Assembly (NCBI GenBank): GCA_964016885.1
Contig: OZ024741.1
Location: 287,990,001 to 288,054,000 of the forward strand
From: Eledone cirrhosa
Lineage: Eukaryota
Length of the DNA: 64,000 nucleotides
Direction of reading: 5' to 3'
Position 1 is the stretch's first letter; each line of letters begins with the position of its first letter. The notes beneath the pieces were generated by a model, which ran no database searches, was not told the origin of the DNA, and worked only from the letters and a program-made list of their open reading frames with translations. Shown one piece after another: positions 12,335-25,349 of this stretch. The translations under genes and the position numbers were made by a program.

Positions 12335-12374
12335 AATGTAGAAAAGTAACACACGAGTTGATATATGTATAAAC

Positions 12375-12525
12375 AAATAGTAAAAAGGAAAAAAAATTCA
12401 GTAGAAAATGCTGGAGAGATTTTTTTCAGTATAACAAAATACCCACTTTATAAATAAATGTTTTGACATCATACTGAAAAAATCTCTCCATTTTCTACTG
12501 AAATTTTTTTCCTTTTTACTATTTT
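12375..12525. repeat. Short foldback inverted repeat
   Basis: AATAGTAAAAAGG...CAGTAT is mirrored by ATACTG...CCTTTTTACTATT. Confidence 0.75.
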
Positions 12526-13446
12526 ATATATATATTTAAAATTAACCCTTTAGCAATGTATCCTTCTCCAAGATTCCAGCAACCTCTGACAACTATATAA
12601 TGCACACCAAGCAACCACATAAAAACACCCAAATCAGCTAGTCCTGGAGGACTTCCCCAAAGATAATTGGATAAATGGAAGCATTCAGGTGTCAAACTAA
12701 ATGCTTTATATTCCCCTGGATCTGGAAGTTTATACTGAAGATAGAATGGGTATTCCAGTGACTCTGAACCCCTCTTTGTGACAAAACTTTCTCCTTTCCT
12801 TTTTTGTGGCAAAAAAACAAGGTCAATGTTGATGATTTCTTCTAAGAAAAAATACAAAGATGTTTTTAGAAGTAATCATCCCACCTCCCGGTCAACTCTA
12901 AGGTCACCCAGCCTTTCAAACCAATCCTAGCCAAACCTTGTATTCACTCTTCAAAGGGTCTCACAGCAGTCTGCCACTACAACTATCCCCTGCCTCTTCC
13001 TTCTACCATCTCCAGTCACAACCAAGCTATTAGCAGAATAGGATGGACAGAGAAATGAACTCTCTTCTCTGAATGAACGTGTGAAAATTAATTTTTCTTC
13101 CCCTTTTTATTTTTCTTATTATTTTTACTATCTCTATTTGTACAAATATGCAACTTAACAATATTCTGCATATCTGCGACATGTATCACTGTACTTGGGC
13201 TAACATGGAAGCACAAAGCACACTAGACCAATAAAAACTCTACCAGGAATGAAAGGTACCTTCACACTATGTGGTATGACATGAAAAGATATCATCATCA
13301 TCATCATCGTCGTCGTTTAACGTCTATCTTCCACGCTAGCATGGGTTTACTGTCTGGTTTAATGGATCAACAACAGTAACACGTTTTTGCCAATGTATTT
13401 TTTTTTTTTTTTAACGAGTGGACATGATAGGACACCAGTTGATTTC

Positions 13447-13483
<37 letters not shown>

Positions 13484-14764
13484 GTATTTCCATAGAAAGG
13501 GAGAGTGCTCTATGTATGCTACAGAGCTATTTAATTATGTAATAAACAACACAAAACAATTATTCCATTTACCAAAGGTTTCACAAAGACAGGCGAGCTC
13601 CACAGATGTCACCATGACCTGTTATTTTTATCTAAAGACATTTTTTCCAATTCCAAATCCCGTCCCCTCAATCTATCTTATTTCTCATTCTTTCTTCTGA
13701 TGAAGGATGAGCGTCCAAAACATTAAGACCCTCTTCCTGCTATTTCAAGCGTTAACCTAATATATTCTTTCCATATACTGTACCGATTGTGTTGTTATTT
13801 ATGTTTATATATATATATATATTTATATAATTGGTGTTGGATGCTTAAAGCGTCCGTATGCGGTAGGCCGTTTGAGCACTCGGTGCTCTCATAGGGCAGA
13901 GTATGATATCACAGAAAAAAAAGAGAATCAGTGTTGCAACAAATGGAATTTATTGGACATATTACAATCGTTTCTCTGGCGACCAGCTCAAGGCACGATC
14001 GATGTGATGATCGAACCTGACTCTGAAAACCGCAAGGTCCTCAGATACGTCTTGATTCTACGAAGCAGATTTTCCTAATTAGGAAAATCTGCTTGGCTCA
14101 GAAAAATCTCTTTCCTAGAGCTATTTTATTATAAGAGACTATTTTGAGTTTCTAATTCAATATGTACCTTTGATATAAATATATATATATATTTGTGTGT
14201 GTGTATTAAGTATTTCCGTCCAGAAATAGCCGTCGAAACGGCTTGAGCTATGCCATCGGGGTCATACTTTTTCCTATTTCCCACTCTACTACCCTAAATA
14301 TTGAGTACTCTGGTGCGTTATGGTCCATCTGGTTCTTTGCCACAACTCCTTCATTATATATAAATATATATATATATAAACATTATATACGTATACTATA
14401 CTTGAATATAGATATACACACACATATATATATAAACACACATACAATTCCTTTGTTATATATATATATATATATATATGTAAGTTAAAACAATAACGAA
14501 GAGTGCAAGTGCAGCACAAAGTGTTAGTATTAGGTTCACTCTTGAGAGTGGGGGGGGGGGCGTTTCGCGATAAGCCCTTCATCAGGAGGAAAGAGTTCCG
14601 AGGGGGAGTGGTGGAAAGGCATTAAAAGAGGGGGGGGGTTAAAGGGAAGGAATATATATATATATATATAAAGAGAATAATGCGAAGTGTAGAGTCTTTT
14701 ATTAGTTGAGCCGTTATACATATTTCCATACATATATATATATATCTATATATATGTATGTATG

Positions 14765-14797
<33 letters not shown>

Positions 14798-14809
14798 GTA
14801 TGTATAGAG

Positions 14810-15402
14810 GGTCCTGGTGCTGACATACAGCGTCTGTGCGAGACTCTGCCTAAGCAAAGCTGGACTCGAAAGTCATCTTCGCAGTCATAAAGTAAGACCA
14901 GTGGTTGACTACCAGGCTGCTGTTGGAGATGCTACTCATCATGCTTGCCAAACATGTGGTAGAGAATGTAAATCAGCAGGAGGGCTCCAGCGACATGCAA
15001 AAGTACATGAACTCCAACCACAGCCGGCTAATCCCAGTGAATGTTTTGGTTGCCGACTCTGTGCAAGACATTTTAGATCATTGGCTGGGCTAAAAAGCCA
15101 CATTCGATCGCCGCATTGTTAGTTGCTATCGTGTGTGTGTGTGTATATAGATATGTTTATGTGTGTGCGTGTGTGTGTATATGTATATTATTATTGTTGT
15201 TGTTGTCATTATTATTGTTGTTATTATTATTATTATTATTGTTATTAATACCCTTGCAAGCAGGGAAAACGCGGATGTAAAATGAAATGATGATGATGAT
15301 ATATGTATGTATATATATGTATGTATGTATGTGTGTGTATATATATATATATTTTTTTTTTTTTTTTCTCGTGCAATGGCCATACTCGATAACGAGGGGG
15401 CA

Positions 15403-15410
<8 letters not shown>
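14810..15410 (+). mobile_element. 3' end of an RTE-like LINE with C-terminal C2H2-like fingers, split by microsatellites
   Basis: CARLCLSKAGLESHLRSH, CGRECKSAGGLQRHAKVH, CARHFRSLAGLKSHIRS; probable terminal piece at ~15368-15410; no splice context seen. Confidence 0.6.
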
Positions 15411-15448
<38 letters not shown>

Positions 15449-15494
15449 GTGTGTGTATTATATAGATATATATGCATATATGTATACATCTATA

Positions 15495-15640
15495 TGGAGG
15501 CACATGGCTTGGTAGTTAGAGCATTGGCCTTGCAATGGAAAGGTTGTGAGTTCAATTCTCAGACCGGGTGATGTGTTGTTTCCTTGAGCAAGATACATTA
15601 TTTCACATTGCTCCAGTTTACTCAGCTGTAGAAATGTGAT
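15495..15640 (+). mobile_element. tRNA-derived SINE family B (3' part also at ~31310-31580)
   Basis: A box TGGCTTGGTAGTTAG, B box GAGTTCAATTC, shared core AAGA.AC.TTATTTCAC.TTGCTCCAGTT.ACTCAGCTGTAGAAATG. Confidence 0.75.
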
Positions 15641-15845
15641 GATAGGGACTGAGGTCTGAGGTCCCTATCATTCCACTGCAAAGTGGTCGTGGAGGTGCCA
15701 CGGAAAAAAAAAGCACCCATCACTCACTATAAATGAGGTTGGTGTTAGGAAGGGCATCCAGCTGTAGAAATCAAGCCAGAATCAGTTCCCGTCCCACCCT
15801 TGCAAGCAGGGAAAAGCGGACGTAAAATGAAAAAATATATGCATA

Positions 15846-15879
<34 letters not shown>

Positions 15880-16394
15880 TATGTATATTTAATATAAAAT
15901 TCTGCTGGTCACCTAAGTTAGCAGTAAAAATATTTTGGCTGGTTTGAACTCTCACTAACCATATAGTGTTGTCGGCCGAGGTGGTGGGAAACTGGTAGCT
16001 AGAGAGAACAAATAAGGTTGGTGTTATTCTAGGTTGTAGTTGAGTGGTCAGCCACCCACACCCCTGTGACTGCGCAGTGCTGTTGGGATGTTCTGAAAGT
16101 TAGAAGGGAGCGGACACTCAAAGCAAAAAACATACACATTTTTTAGTCCGCTCCCTTCCTCTCAAAATTGCCTCGGAAATGTTATCTTTTAATCAATTTT
16201 TTGCTGTCTGAATAAATCACTATCTATCGTCATGGAAATATGTAAAACGGCTCAACTAATAAAAGACTCTAACATCTACAACTTTGCATTTTTCTCTTTT
16301 TATATATATATTCCTTCCCTTTAACCCCCCCCACCACCACCACTTTTAATGCCTTTCCCCCTCACACCCTCGGAACTCTTTTCCATCCCTCTTT

Positions 16395-16425
16395 TCTCCT
16401 GATGAAGGGCTTATCCCGAAAGGCC
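16395..16425 (+). ncRNA. Minimal type I hammerhead-like motif in a pLTR-like repeat (family also ~14560-14590 on - and 35723-35750 on +)
   Basis: CTGATGA-AGGGCTTATCCC-GAAA; the copy at 35723 reads CTGAGGA-AGGGC-TTAT-GCCC-GAAA. Confidence 0.55.
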
Positions 16426-16518
16426 CCCCCCCCCCACACTCTCAAGAATGAACCTAATACTAACACTTTGTGCTGCACTTGCACTCTTCGTTATTGTTTT
16501 TGCTTTTTGTTTTAACTT

Positions 16519-16557
<39 letters not shown>

Positions 16558-16656
16558 TGATAAGAATAAAGATAAAATAAAAAATAAATATATATATATA
16601 TTTTTTTTTCAATTCCAACCCGTCCGTCCCCTTAATCTATTTTATTTCTCATTCTT

Positions 16657-16692
16657 TCTTCTGATGAAGGACTAGCGTCCGAAACGATAAGA
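16657..16692 (+). ncRNA. Minimal type I hammerhead-like motif (degenerate relatives at ~3600 and 13697)
   Basis: TCTT-CTGATGA-AGGAC-TAGC-GTCC-GAAA-CGAT-AAGA; stem I TCTT/AAGA, stem II GGAC/GTCC. Confidence 0.6.
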
Positions 16693-16945
16693 CCCTCTTC
16701 CTGCTATTTCAAGCCTTAACCTAATATATTCCTTCCATATACTGTACCGATTGTGTTATTTCTGTTTACCTTTTACAGACATACATACATACATATATAT
16801 ATATATTATACTGTTAATTTTTATAATTTTTTAAAAAGTGTATCTATGCATGTCTTTTCTTACGTGTTTTTATTATCGTGAGTGTGTGTATATATTTTGT
16901 TATCCAAAACTAATGAACGTACTGGACGTTTCTGTTAGGATCGTC

Positions 16946-16986
<41 letters not shown>

Positions 16987-17320
16987 AAGGGGAGATATGG
17001 TTTTAGATGTACATCTTTTTATCATATAATCCTGACGTATTTGAAATACGAATATCAGGATTATACAATAAATAGAGGATGCACATCTAAAACCGTCTCT
17101 CCCTCTTATAATATATGTATGTGTGTGTGTTTATATATATGTGAAACTTATTTGTATATACATATATGCATGTGTATGTATTTATGTATGTGTGTAAACA
17201 AATAAAAATGATCATGATTATTTTAACCTTCTTTTCAATTTTTCGTTTCCAGTTCCCTTTAGTCTGTATGTGGGGCCAATTTTCAAACGATTTCACCCGC
17301 GATTATTTCAAAATATCTAT

Positions 17321-18166
17321 TTACCATTTTAGTTTACCTGGGATGTATTTCTCAATCAATTGTTCATAATAAGGTCGGATTTCATTAACGTCTGGAATGA
17401 CAGGAGATTTTGTGTATAAATCAAAAGGGTTGAAATTGTGTACCCACTTCAACATCTCTTGATCTTTATTGTCACAGAGGTAACCATAATCATTACTGGT
17501 ATGCCACGGATAGAAAGAATGATATCTGATGACACTCAATGCTTCCTCGGGTAGGTAACAGGTGTTGTGTTTCAGTACTTGGTACAAGTATTCATCATGA
17601 CCCCACGACATGAGCACTTTATTCAGACCACAGTGTTCTTCGTAAATACCCAATTTACTTTTATATTTTGGGTTCATAGAGTCAGGGTTGTCGTTGAACG
17701 TGCTGTCGGCATAAACAACTGAAGGTGCTGGTTTACAACCTACGGGGTATGTATCTCCAACCACCGACCATTGTGGTTCACCCCACAGTGCCATAACTTT
17801 ACCCAGGTCATGTATGAGCCCTGTCAGTTGAAACCAGTCATCATCAGGGTATTTTTTACGTATTCCTTCTGCAGTTTGAAAAGCATGGAAAGAGTTGCTG
17901 AGATCAATATCTGGGTCGGATTCATCCACCAAATTGTTTAACATTTCCAAAGCTTCCATCATAGACATTTCAGCGTGGTCGAACTTGGTCCATCGGCGAT
18001 GGGCTTCTTTCACAAAGTCTACTGTTTGTAAAGTGTGCATTTTTTTGTAGGTGTTATATACTTGGCTTGTTGGATCACACTTTTCGAAGTTCCTGAAGCA
18101 GTTTTTCTCCTTCGCCATATCTTGGATCACATTATCTGATATACAAGAAAGCTGAGCTGTTGTCAT
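17321..18166 (-). CDS. MIOX: Myo-inositol oxygenase, copy A (281 aa, intronless)
   Basis: QTVDFV, LVDESDPD, HAFQTAEGIR, LIHDLGK, QWSVVGDTYPVGC, MSWGHDEY, RYHSFYPWH, FN.FDLYTK: the di-iron HD-fold MIOX motifs are intact. Confidence 0.95.
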   Translation of the reverse strand: MTTAQLSCISDNVIQDMAKEKNCFRNFEKCDPTSQVYNTYKKMHTLQTVDFVKEAHRRWTKFDHAEMSMMEALEMLNNLVDESDPDIDLSNSFHAFQTAEGIRKKYPDDDWFQLTGLIHDLGKVMALWGEPQWSVVGDTYPVGCKPAPSVVYADSTFNDNPDSMNPKYKSKLGIYEEHCGLNKVLMSWGHDEYLYQVLKHNTCYLPEEALSVIRYHSFYPWHTSNDYGYLCDNKDQEMLKWVHNFNPFDLYTKSPVIPDVNEIRPYYEQLIEKYIPGKLKW

Positions 18167-19098
18167 TTTGATTGTTGTTGTTGCTGTTGTTGTTGTTGTT
18201 AATACTCTTTCTGTTACCGTTGTTAAAGCTGCTAATGTACGAATTGTTACATAAGTTACTGAACAGACTGCGGTGTTTTGTTTTTGCTGTTGTTACTGTT
18301 ACTGCTGTAGTTGTTCTCTTTTTCACAAAACTGAATGTTTCAGTTACAAGCAAGCCAATAATTTGAACTAGTGTATAGTCGTTGAACTTTTTATCTATAC
18401 TGAAAGTGGTAAATGAATAGGTAGGTGTTATATATATAGATATAAAAGAGAAAGGGTGATGGGTTGGGGGGGGGGATATTTAATAGATTAGTGACACTAG
18501 ACATATACACTAAGGTGATACAATGAGTGAGATAGGAGAAATATAGTGTGTGTGTGTTATAAAAGTAGGAGGCGCGTGCGTGTGTGTATGTGAGTGTTAT
18601 ATAAAAGTAGGAGGTGGATAAAATGTGAAAAAGAAAGCAGAAATGTAAGTTTGAGAAAGGAAAAAATCAATAGTAATAAAAGGGAGGGTATGGCTTAAGA
18701 TAGTGTTTTCTCGTTAACCAAAAGATCTTAACCAGATATTTAAAAACACCGTGATATGCCTTCTGAAATACTTGTTTCTACTTTAGGCACAAGGCCAGTA
18801 ATTACCCAGTGCATTACTTGTACTTTTATTTTATCGACCCCGTAAGGATGAAAGGCAAAGTCAACCTCGGCGGGATTTGAACTCAGATCGTAAAGGGACG
18901 TAACTATGCTGGAAAGCATGGCGTCCGACCCTCTACCGATACTGCCAATATGCCTTCTGAAATACTGCCAATCCACCGCTCTTGATATGGTTACTGGACA
19001 GTTGCAGGTGCACCAGTTGATATGGTTGGTACAGGTAGACTAGATGACATGGTTGTTGCATTTCTAGACAATGTTATATAAGTGTATATATACATATA

Positions 19099-19605
19099 TC
19101 TATATATATAAAGTTGTAGTTCCTGTCTGTTTGTTTGTTTGTTTTTTCACGAACACCTCCTATGGTTTTGGACATAAACCCCTATAACCATATATATTCT
19201 GAAACTACATTGCCCAGGGTACTTGGATAAGTATATTTAATTTTAATCAAAGGATTCCCAGGGGGCACAAAACCCCCGCTGAAAATTTTTTCCCTTCGAT
19301 TTATATGAAATTTAAACCATAGGTAAATGACAAGATATGATGCCTATTCACGAAAGTTTTGAATTGATATTTTGAAAAAAATTATTTACAAGACACAAAT
19401 AAGAATAAGATTTGATAATGTAATTTTGATTTGATATATTACAAAAAATAATGTTTTCCAATTTTCCATGCATTACATTTTACATTGAGTAATATTGAAA
19501 TGCAGAGTTTTTCTCCATAAATTATATCACTGATTTAAAATCAATCATCATTTTCTTACAAAAAAAAAAATGTGTGAAACGCAGCAAGGCGCGGGTAATT
19601 CGGCT

Positions 19606-19607
<2 letters not shown>
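19099..19607 (+). mobile_element. Non-autonomous Helitron
   Basis: A|TCTATATATATAAAG 5' end, GC-rich subterminal motif, CTAG|T 3' end, no TSD. Confidence 0.7.
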
Positions 19608-19659
<52 letters not shown>

Positions 19660-19790
19660 GTAATAAGAATATTTATATTTATATATGTCTAATACAACTA
19701 TAAATACGGAGGGTAGTACTAAGTACTAGCCGGTTACCGGTATGACAAAAGGCTCAATGCAAATTTTCAAGTGTTTTACAGAGCCAAGAT

Positions 19791-21535
19791 ACAAAGTGTT
19801 AAAACGATCAAATCTTAGTTTAGAACATTTATTTGCTGACAATTGTTTCTTCCAGAGGGAATTAAAGCATTAATAATGTCCATGAACAATAGTGAACTCA
19901 CTAGATCCCAGGTAGATATAATCCTGGCAGCCAGGAAAATAATAATTAAATTTGAAGACCAACTATGGACCCGCAAGAATACACCCAACAACTTCGATAT
20001 CACCATGGGATCTAGTGACTCGGCACAGGTAACCGACTTAGTTGGTCTATTTCTCTTAAACGAAATACATAAGAACCTACCTTACCTTAACGTTGGTCTC
20101 TACCGAGACGCACTTTTCCTCTTAAAAAATTCAATATAGAAAGAACTAGAAAACAATTACATAAAATATTTAAAAACTACAACTTAGGTATCACTTTAGA
20201 TAAAAACACCAAAAATGTTAACTTCCTGGACGTTACTCTCTACTTAAACTCTAAAAAATATACACCTTATCATAAGCCTAATGAAAAACTTTTCTATGTT
20301 AATACCAACTCTAACCACCCTAAATCTGTATTGACCTCAATCATTAAAGAGGTATCTAATAGAATCTCTAGTCTCTCTTACAACAAGAATACATTTAATC
20401 GTAACTCCCAATACTATAATGAAGCCTTAGCCCGTTCCGGCCATAGAGATAAAATTAAATTTAAACCTAAATCGTCAACCACCCATAGACAACCTAATAT
20501 AATTTCCCACAACATGGCCATGAATAAAATTAAATATGATCATAGTATTGAAAACCCCGACTCCTATACAGAGGGCATCAAAACAGTTAAATCACACCAC
20601 AGCAATAATCCTAAGAAAAACCACAGAAAGAAAAATATAGATAACAAGGTACCTAACACCACACTAAACAGTAGTATGAATAACAACTTTAAGAAGAATA
20701 GAAGAAGAAGTAACACATTTTTTAATCCTCCGTTCAACTTAAATGTCTCAACAAACATGCCTAAAGCTTTCTTCTCTATTCTAGACAAAAACTTCCCAAC
20801 TAACCATAAATACCACAACCTATTTAACAAAAACACAATTAAAATATCCTACTCCACCACACCTAACATAGAAGACCATATAGCCAGCACCAACAAGAGA
20901 AAGATTAAAAAGTACTTCAGATTACACCAAAGTAATAATGTCCAACATAGAAATAACCTGAACAATAACATAGTACAAGACCATACAGCAAGTCACACTA
21001 ATAATACCAATAATAATAATACTTACCATAACCATAATACTAGAAGTAGAAACAGAAACAACCACTCAAATGCATACCCCCTTAACCAGTACAATAGTTA
21101 CCAAAACAATTGTAATTGTAGGCCTAACAAGACATGCCCATTAAATAAGAACTGCCTTATTAAAGACATTGTCTACTCCGGTACTGTAACCGCTAATCAC
21201 ATCTCGAAAGTATATATAGGCTCAATATCGAATAGCTTTAAGACCAGATATAATTCACACCTTAAATCGTTCAGTAACCCTAAACTTAGCAACGTAACCT
21301 CACTATCCACATACATACACTCATTAAAACCAAGTAACATACCATACACCTTAAAATGGGAAGTATAGCTAAGGCCCCTTCATATAGACCACCTAACAAA
21401 TTGTGTAACCTTTGCATCCTCGAGTCTAGAAATATTATTCACTCTAATCTTAGCCTGCTAAATAGGAACTCAGAGATCTTGTCCACGTGTCCACATTACC
21501 ATAGATTCTCGTTTCACTACTTCAAACCTAGTAAC

Positions 21536-21583
<48 letters not shown>

Positions 21584-22941
21584 TAAAGACCAATGTCGGA
21601 GATAACACTAGACCACCACCTTTTAATTTATCCAATTAGATCTTCATGAATATAGGACTACACCTTAATTAAAAGACCACACTAACCTACATACTGTCAA
21701 TAAACCCCTGGTTTGATCTCTTACCTTATACAATTAAAATAATTGAATAATATAGACACTCTAATATACTCTCAATATACAACACCAACTAAATAGCAGA
21801 CAACTGTGTATATAACACCAATTACTCCAGTATATATTATGCAACTCACTATCCTGTCATAAAAAGCTTCAACTCTCTCTGCACAATCTGTATATATATA
21901 TATATACATTCTCACACACATATATATATACATATAGTAACTATGTAAAAACAATCTAGTTATAATAAAATAATTTATTTAAATGTTTTTAACTCCCTCC
22001 ACACAAATTTAAAAGATAACAATTATATAACCAATAATATTTTATATACTCTATAAAGATTAATTTATAACACTACTACAATATTAAAACAACCTTAATT
22101 ACCTCCCTTTGTTATTAACCCCCTTTACAACTTCCTGTGTAAACTCATAAAATTAAGCAGCCTAATGGTTTACCAACAGCTTAATAACGGTTAATACAAA
22201 CCTTAGAAAAGATAATTTGTAGATAAAAAATGCATAAGATAATATACCTACAATAACAACATGGCCAGTAATTCGGTGGAATTTAAATTTAACAAACAAA
22301 CACCTATTGACTATAAACGACTCAAAATAATCCCATGGTTAATAGCTGTGAGTTACAAACAACATATACACATACATACGAACTACAACACAAAAACACT
22401 TGAATGAAAATCACCTATCCAACTCTATCACGTGCTTTGCATTACACCTTACATAACAAATACCTACATTATCACCACATGCCTCTCTAACAAATTGCAC
22501 ACTATCTTAAACATTTCTAACAATTATAACATGCTTTAACACCCCACACAAAATATGTTTATTTCAACTGCATTATAACTCTTTCCTCATACATGCCTTA
22601 TTGACTGTATTGACTCCTGCATTGTACACCAATTTTCCTTGCTTATAACCTTTTTGCCGGTATTTTTTTGCCTCTACTTTTCGCTTATACCTCTTACACT
22701 TCAACCAGTGCTGCCTGTAATTGTGTTCTTTCAAGCTGAACATCTTTTTAACTCCTGAATCCCCACATGATGCCTATGACACTAACAACAATTATGTACC
22801 CAAAATGTTCTAAATGACTAGGATTTTAGTCACATGTTTCGACATTCCCTATGGTCTGATGATTCCAGACTTCCCTCTGGAAGAAACAATTATCAGCAAA
22901 TAAATGTTCTAAACTAAAATTTGATCGTTTTAACACTTTGT
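19791..22941 (+). mobile_element. 5'-truncated Penelope-like element (RT plus C-terminal GIY-YIG; possibly Hydra clade) with an inverted pLTR copy at its 5' end
   Basis: FDITMGSSDSAQVTDLVGL, GLYRD, NFLDVTL, YHKPN...SNHP, FNPPF, CNC...CP...C, IVY...YIG, CNLC..E...CPH; stops and frameshifts present. 19791-19860 is the reverse complement of 22872-22941. Confidence 0.9.
22852..22897 (+). ncRNA. Hammerhead-like motif in the PLE pLTR (relative at ~49028-49070 on -)
   Basis: CTGATGA-TTCCAGA-CTTCCC-TCTGGAA-GAAA-CAATT(G/A)TC; 7-bp stem II; the inverted copy keeps palindromic ACAATTGT followed by C. Confidence 0.7.
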
Positions 22942-22957
22942 GTATATATATATATAT

Positions 22958-23748
22958 ATTGTTATACTTGGGGAGGGTCATATTGTTGTAATAATATTTC
23001 CAGAATTAATAACAGAACACATTCACTGTTTGGTTGGTTTTCGCTTCTGTATCTTTTATATCAGTTAATTTATTCGGTCCTCAATGTTTACCATTGACTG
23101 ACCATAGACAACATAGAAATTAAAATAATATCTAAACATAGAAATGACCCAGCAGAGAGGCCAGTGAAATAGAATTTAGAAGGCCAAAGCTAAACAGAAA
23201 AAATGAATGGAATAACAACAACACCCAAACAAACAATACTGACCTAAGAGAAATATAAATAAATAAATAAATAAATAAATAAATATATACACAAGCTCAA
23301 TAACAACAAACACATGTAAACACACACTAATAAACTAAGATAGAATACAATAACCAAAACACAGTCACCCAAACGCGAACATACATCAAACACTATACAC
23401 ACGCAAACGCATGCGCAGAGAAGAAGACAAAAATAAATAAATAAATAAACAGATTAAATAAAGATGGCGTAGACATACAATACAACAGGAGGAAACATAA
23501 TAGCACCACTGACGATATTGCAGATGTGCAACGAAAGAACTTTGTTACACTATATATATGTGTTTGTGTCTATATTATATCTGTATTTTTGACCGTTGGT
23601 CAGTCAATGGTAAACATTGAGGACCGAATAAATTAAATTAACTGATATAAAAGATACAGAAGCGAAAACCAACCAAACAGTGAGTGTGTTCTGTTATTAA
23701 TTCTGGCAATATTATTACATAATATGACCCTCCCCAAGTATAACAATA
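22958..23748 (+). mobile_element. Short PLE remnant bracketed by inverted pLTR arms
   Basis: Arms ~22958-23103 and ~23598-23748; CTGACGA...GAAA at 23509; termini shared with the element at 41807-42575. Confidence 0.7.
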
Positions 23749-23883
23749 TTTGTTTCGACACACGATTTCATATCAAAAACCTCGGAAAACAAATATATAT
23801 CCACCCCACCCCCCACTCTCAAGAGCGTGAAACTAATAAACCTTTGTTTGTACTGCCTCTCTGTTTTGTTCCCGTTCCATTTT

Positions 23884-23923
<40 letters not shown>

Positions 23924-23953
23924 GAAAAACCACAGACCCTCCATCTCAACTCA

Positions 23954-23991
23954 CCTTTTGAAAAGCAGAAGAACTGCGAAACCGGTAAAGG
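23954..23991 (+). ncRNA. Hammerhead-like motif with variant core UUGAAAA (also 40884-40921 on -, ~40359-40394 on +)
   Basis: CCTT-TTGAAAA-GCAG-AAGAA-CTGC-GAAA-CCGGT-A-AAGG: stems I and II pair; stem III is palindromic ACCGGT. Confidence 0.6.
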
Positions 23992-24060
23992 AACCAAATA
24001 AATATATATATTTTTTTAAAAAATAAGACTTCAGTTGCATTTTCGATTTCATCCCTTTTT

Positions 24061-24117
<57 letters not shown>

Positions 24118-24119
24118 AT

Positions 24120-24860
24120 ACTCTATACTCTATTACTCCACCACGTGTTCCAGCAGAAAGACTGAGGCCATGCTGGGGCGACTACAGTTGAGAACAATGG
24201 TCTAGGCGACTGTGGACGAAAGTCCTTCAGAGGACTAACATGGTTTCCGGGTGTCTTGTCATGAAAGTCCTCAGAATCCAACCCGCCAGACGTCTGGACC
24301 TTTCCGTCATTTTGGTGATATATGCATGAAACGATGCATCATTGCTCATTTCAATACCCAGGTCTCGCATTGATTTTGACTCGGGGATTTCGAATCCTCC
24401 TGATCCAGTCTACCTTTGTTATGGGGGTCCAATGTTTGTGGTTTGATAGCGAAGGGCTTGGAACTTACCTGCATTAAATTGCATATTGTTGTCTTCAGCC
24501 CATCCGTATATGGTATCTAAATCATGTTGTAAGAGAGTAACATCAGCCGGTTACTTGATTGCCTGTGCTACTTTAGTGTCATCAGCATAGCTGATGAGGG
24601 ATACTGTCAGTATTACAGCGGACATGTCTGAGAGATCCACCACAAACAGTAGTGGTCCCAAGACGGTTCACGCCGCTTATTATTGATGTTTCCTTTGAGA
24701 GGACTCCGTTGGCTGCAACATTCTGGCTTCTGTCTTTTAAAAAGTCATGAAGCCATTCAACTAGTTTTGCAGCTATGCCAAAGCTACGTAGTTTGTAACA
24801 TATTATTCCATGATCAACCTTGTCGAAGGACTTCGGATAGTCGAGATATATCACATAGAG
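24120..24860 (-). mobile_element. Degenerate CR1/L2-like LINE RT fragment
   Basis: IYLDYPKSFDKVDHGII, WLHDFLKDRSQNV, SGV...LGPLLF, YADDTK, QHDLD.I..WA..NNM.FN..K, DLG. Confidence 0.8.
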
Positions 24861-25349
24861 TGCCGGATTTTAGGACAAATGAAACACTGTGCTAGTTAAG
24901 TTATGAGGCCCCAAACATTTGAAAAATTCATCGTAAAAAATATTTTTGGCTTAAGCACACCTAAGCACAATGGTAAATCCGACACTGATCACATCCACGT
25001 TCGAACAGTCTAGCAGTTGTTTGAGTATCCAGTCATAATGTTGCAAGAGCTGCATGAGACAACTTCTACAGGAACGAAAGCTATGTTGGGTGTCAGAAGA
25101 CCATTTTCATCTGTAGCTGTATACATACAAGTATGTAAATTTCGTATATCTAATGATATACGGTATATTTCATAAATAAATATTTCGAAGGCCTGGCTAT
25201 GAATACTAAAAGGCTGACGGCTAGCTCCGTGTTGCGGATTCCAGCAGAAGCAACGAGGGACAACTGTCAATGTACATTTAAACTGTCAGCCTTTCAATAT
25301 TAGTCTCATTTGAAGCTTTCTTGCAACAAGGCCATGCACGATTTTTTGC

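Noticed and set aside
14817-15122. Host C2H2 zinc-finger gene
   Set aside because: No ATG or splice context, lacks TGEKP linkers, is flanked by microsatellites, and the GL.SH.R pattern fits RTE LINE C-termini.
17321-18166. Bacterial contamination or horizontal transfer as the source of intronless MIOX
   Set aside because: Both copies are embedded in host repeats, and copy B has a eukaryotic TATA/CCAAT promoter and Kozak-like start. Nothing here supports transfer, though only a phylogeny could exclude it.
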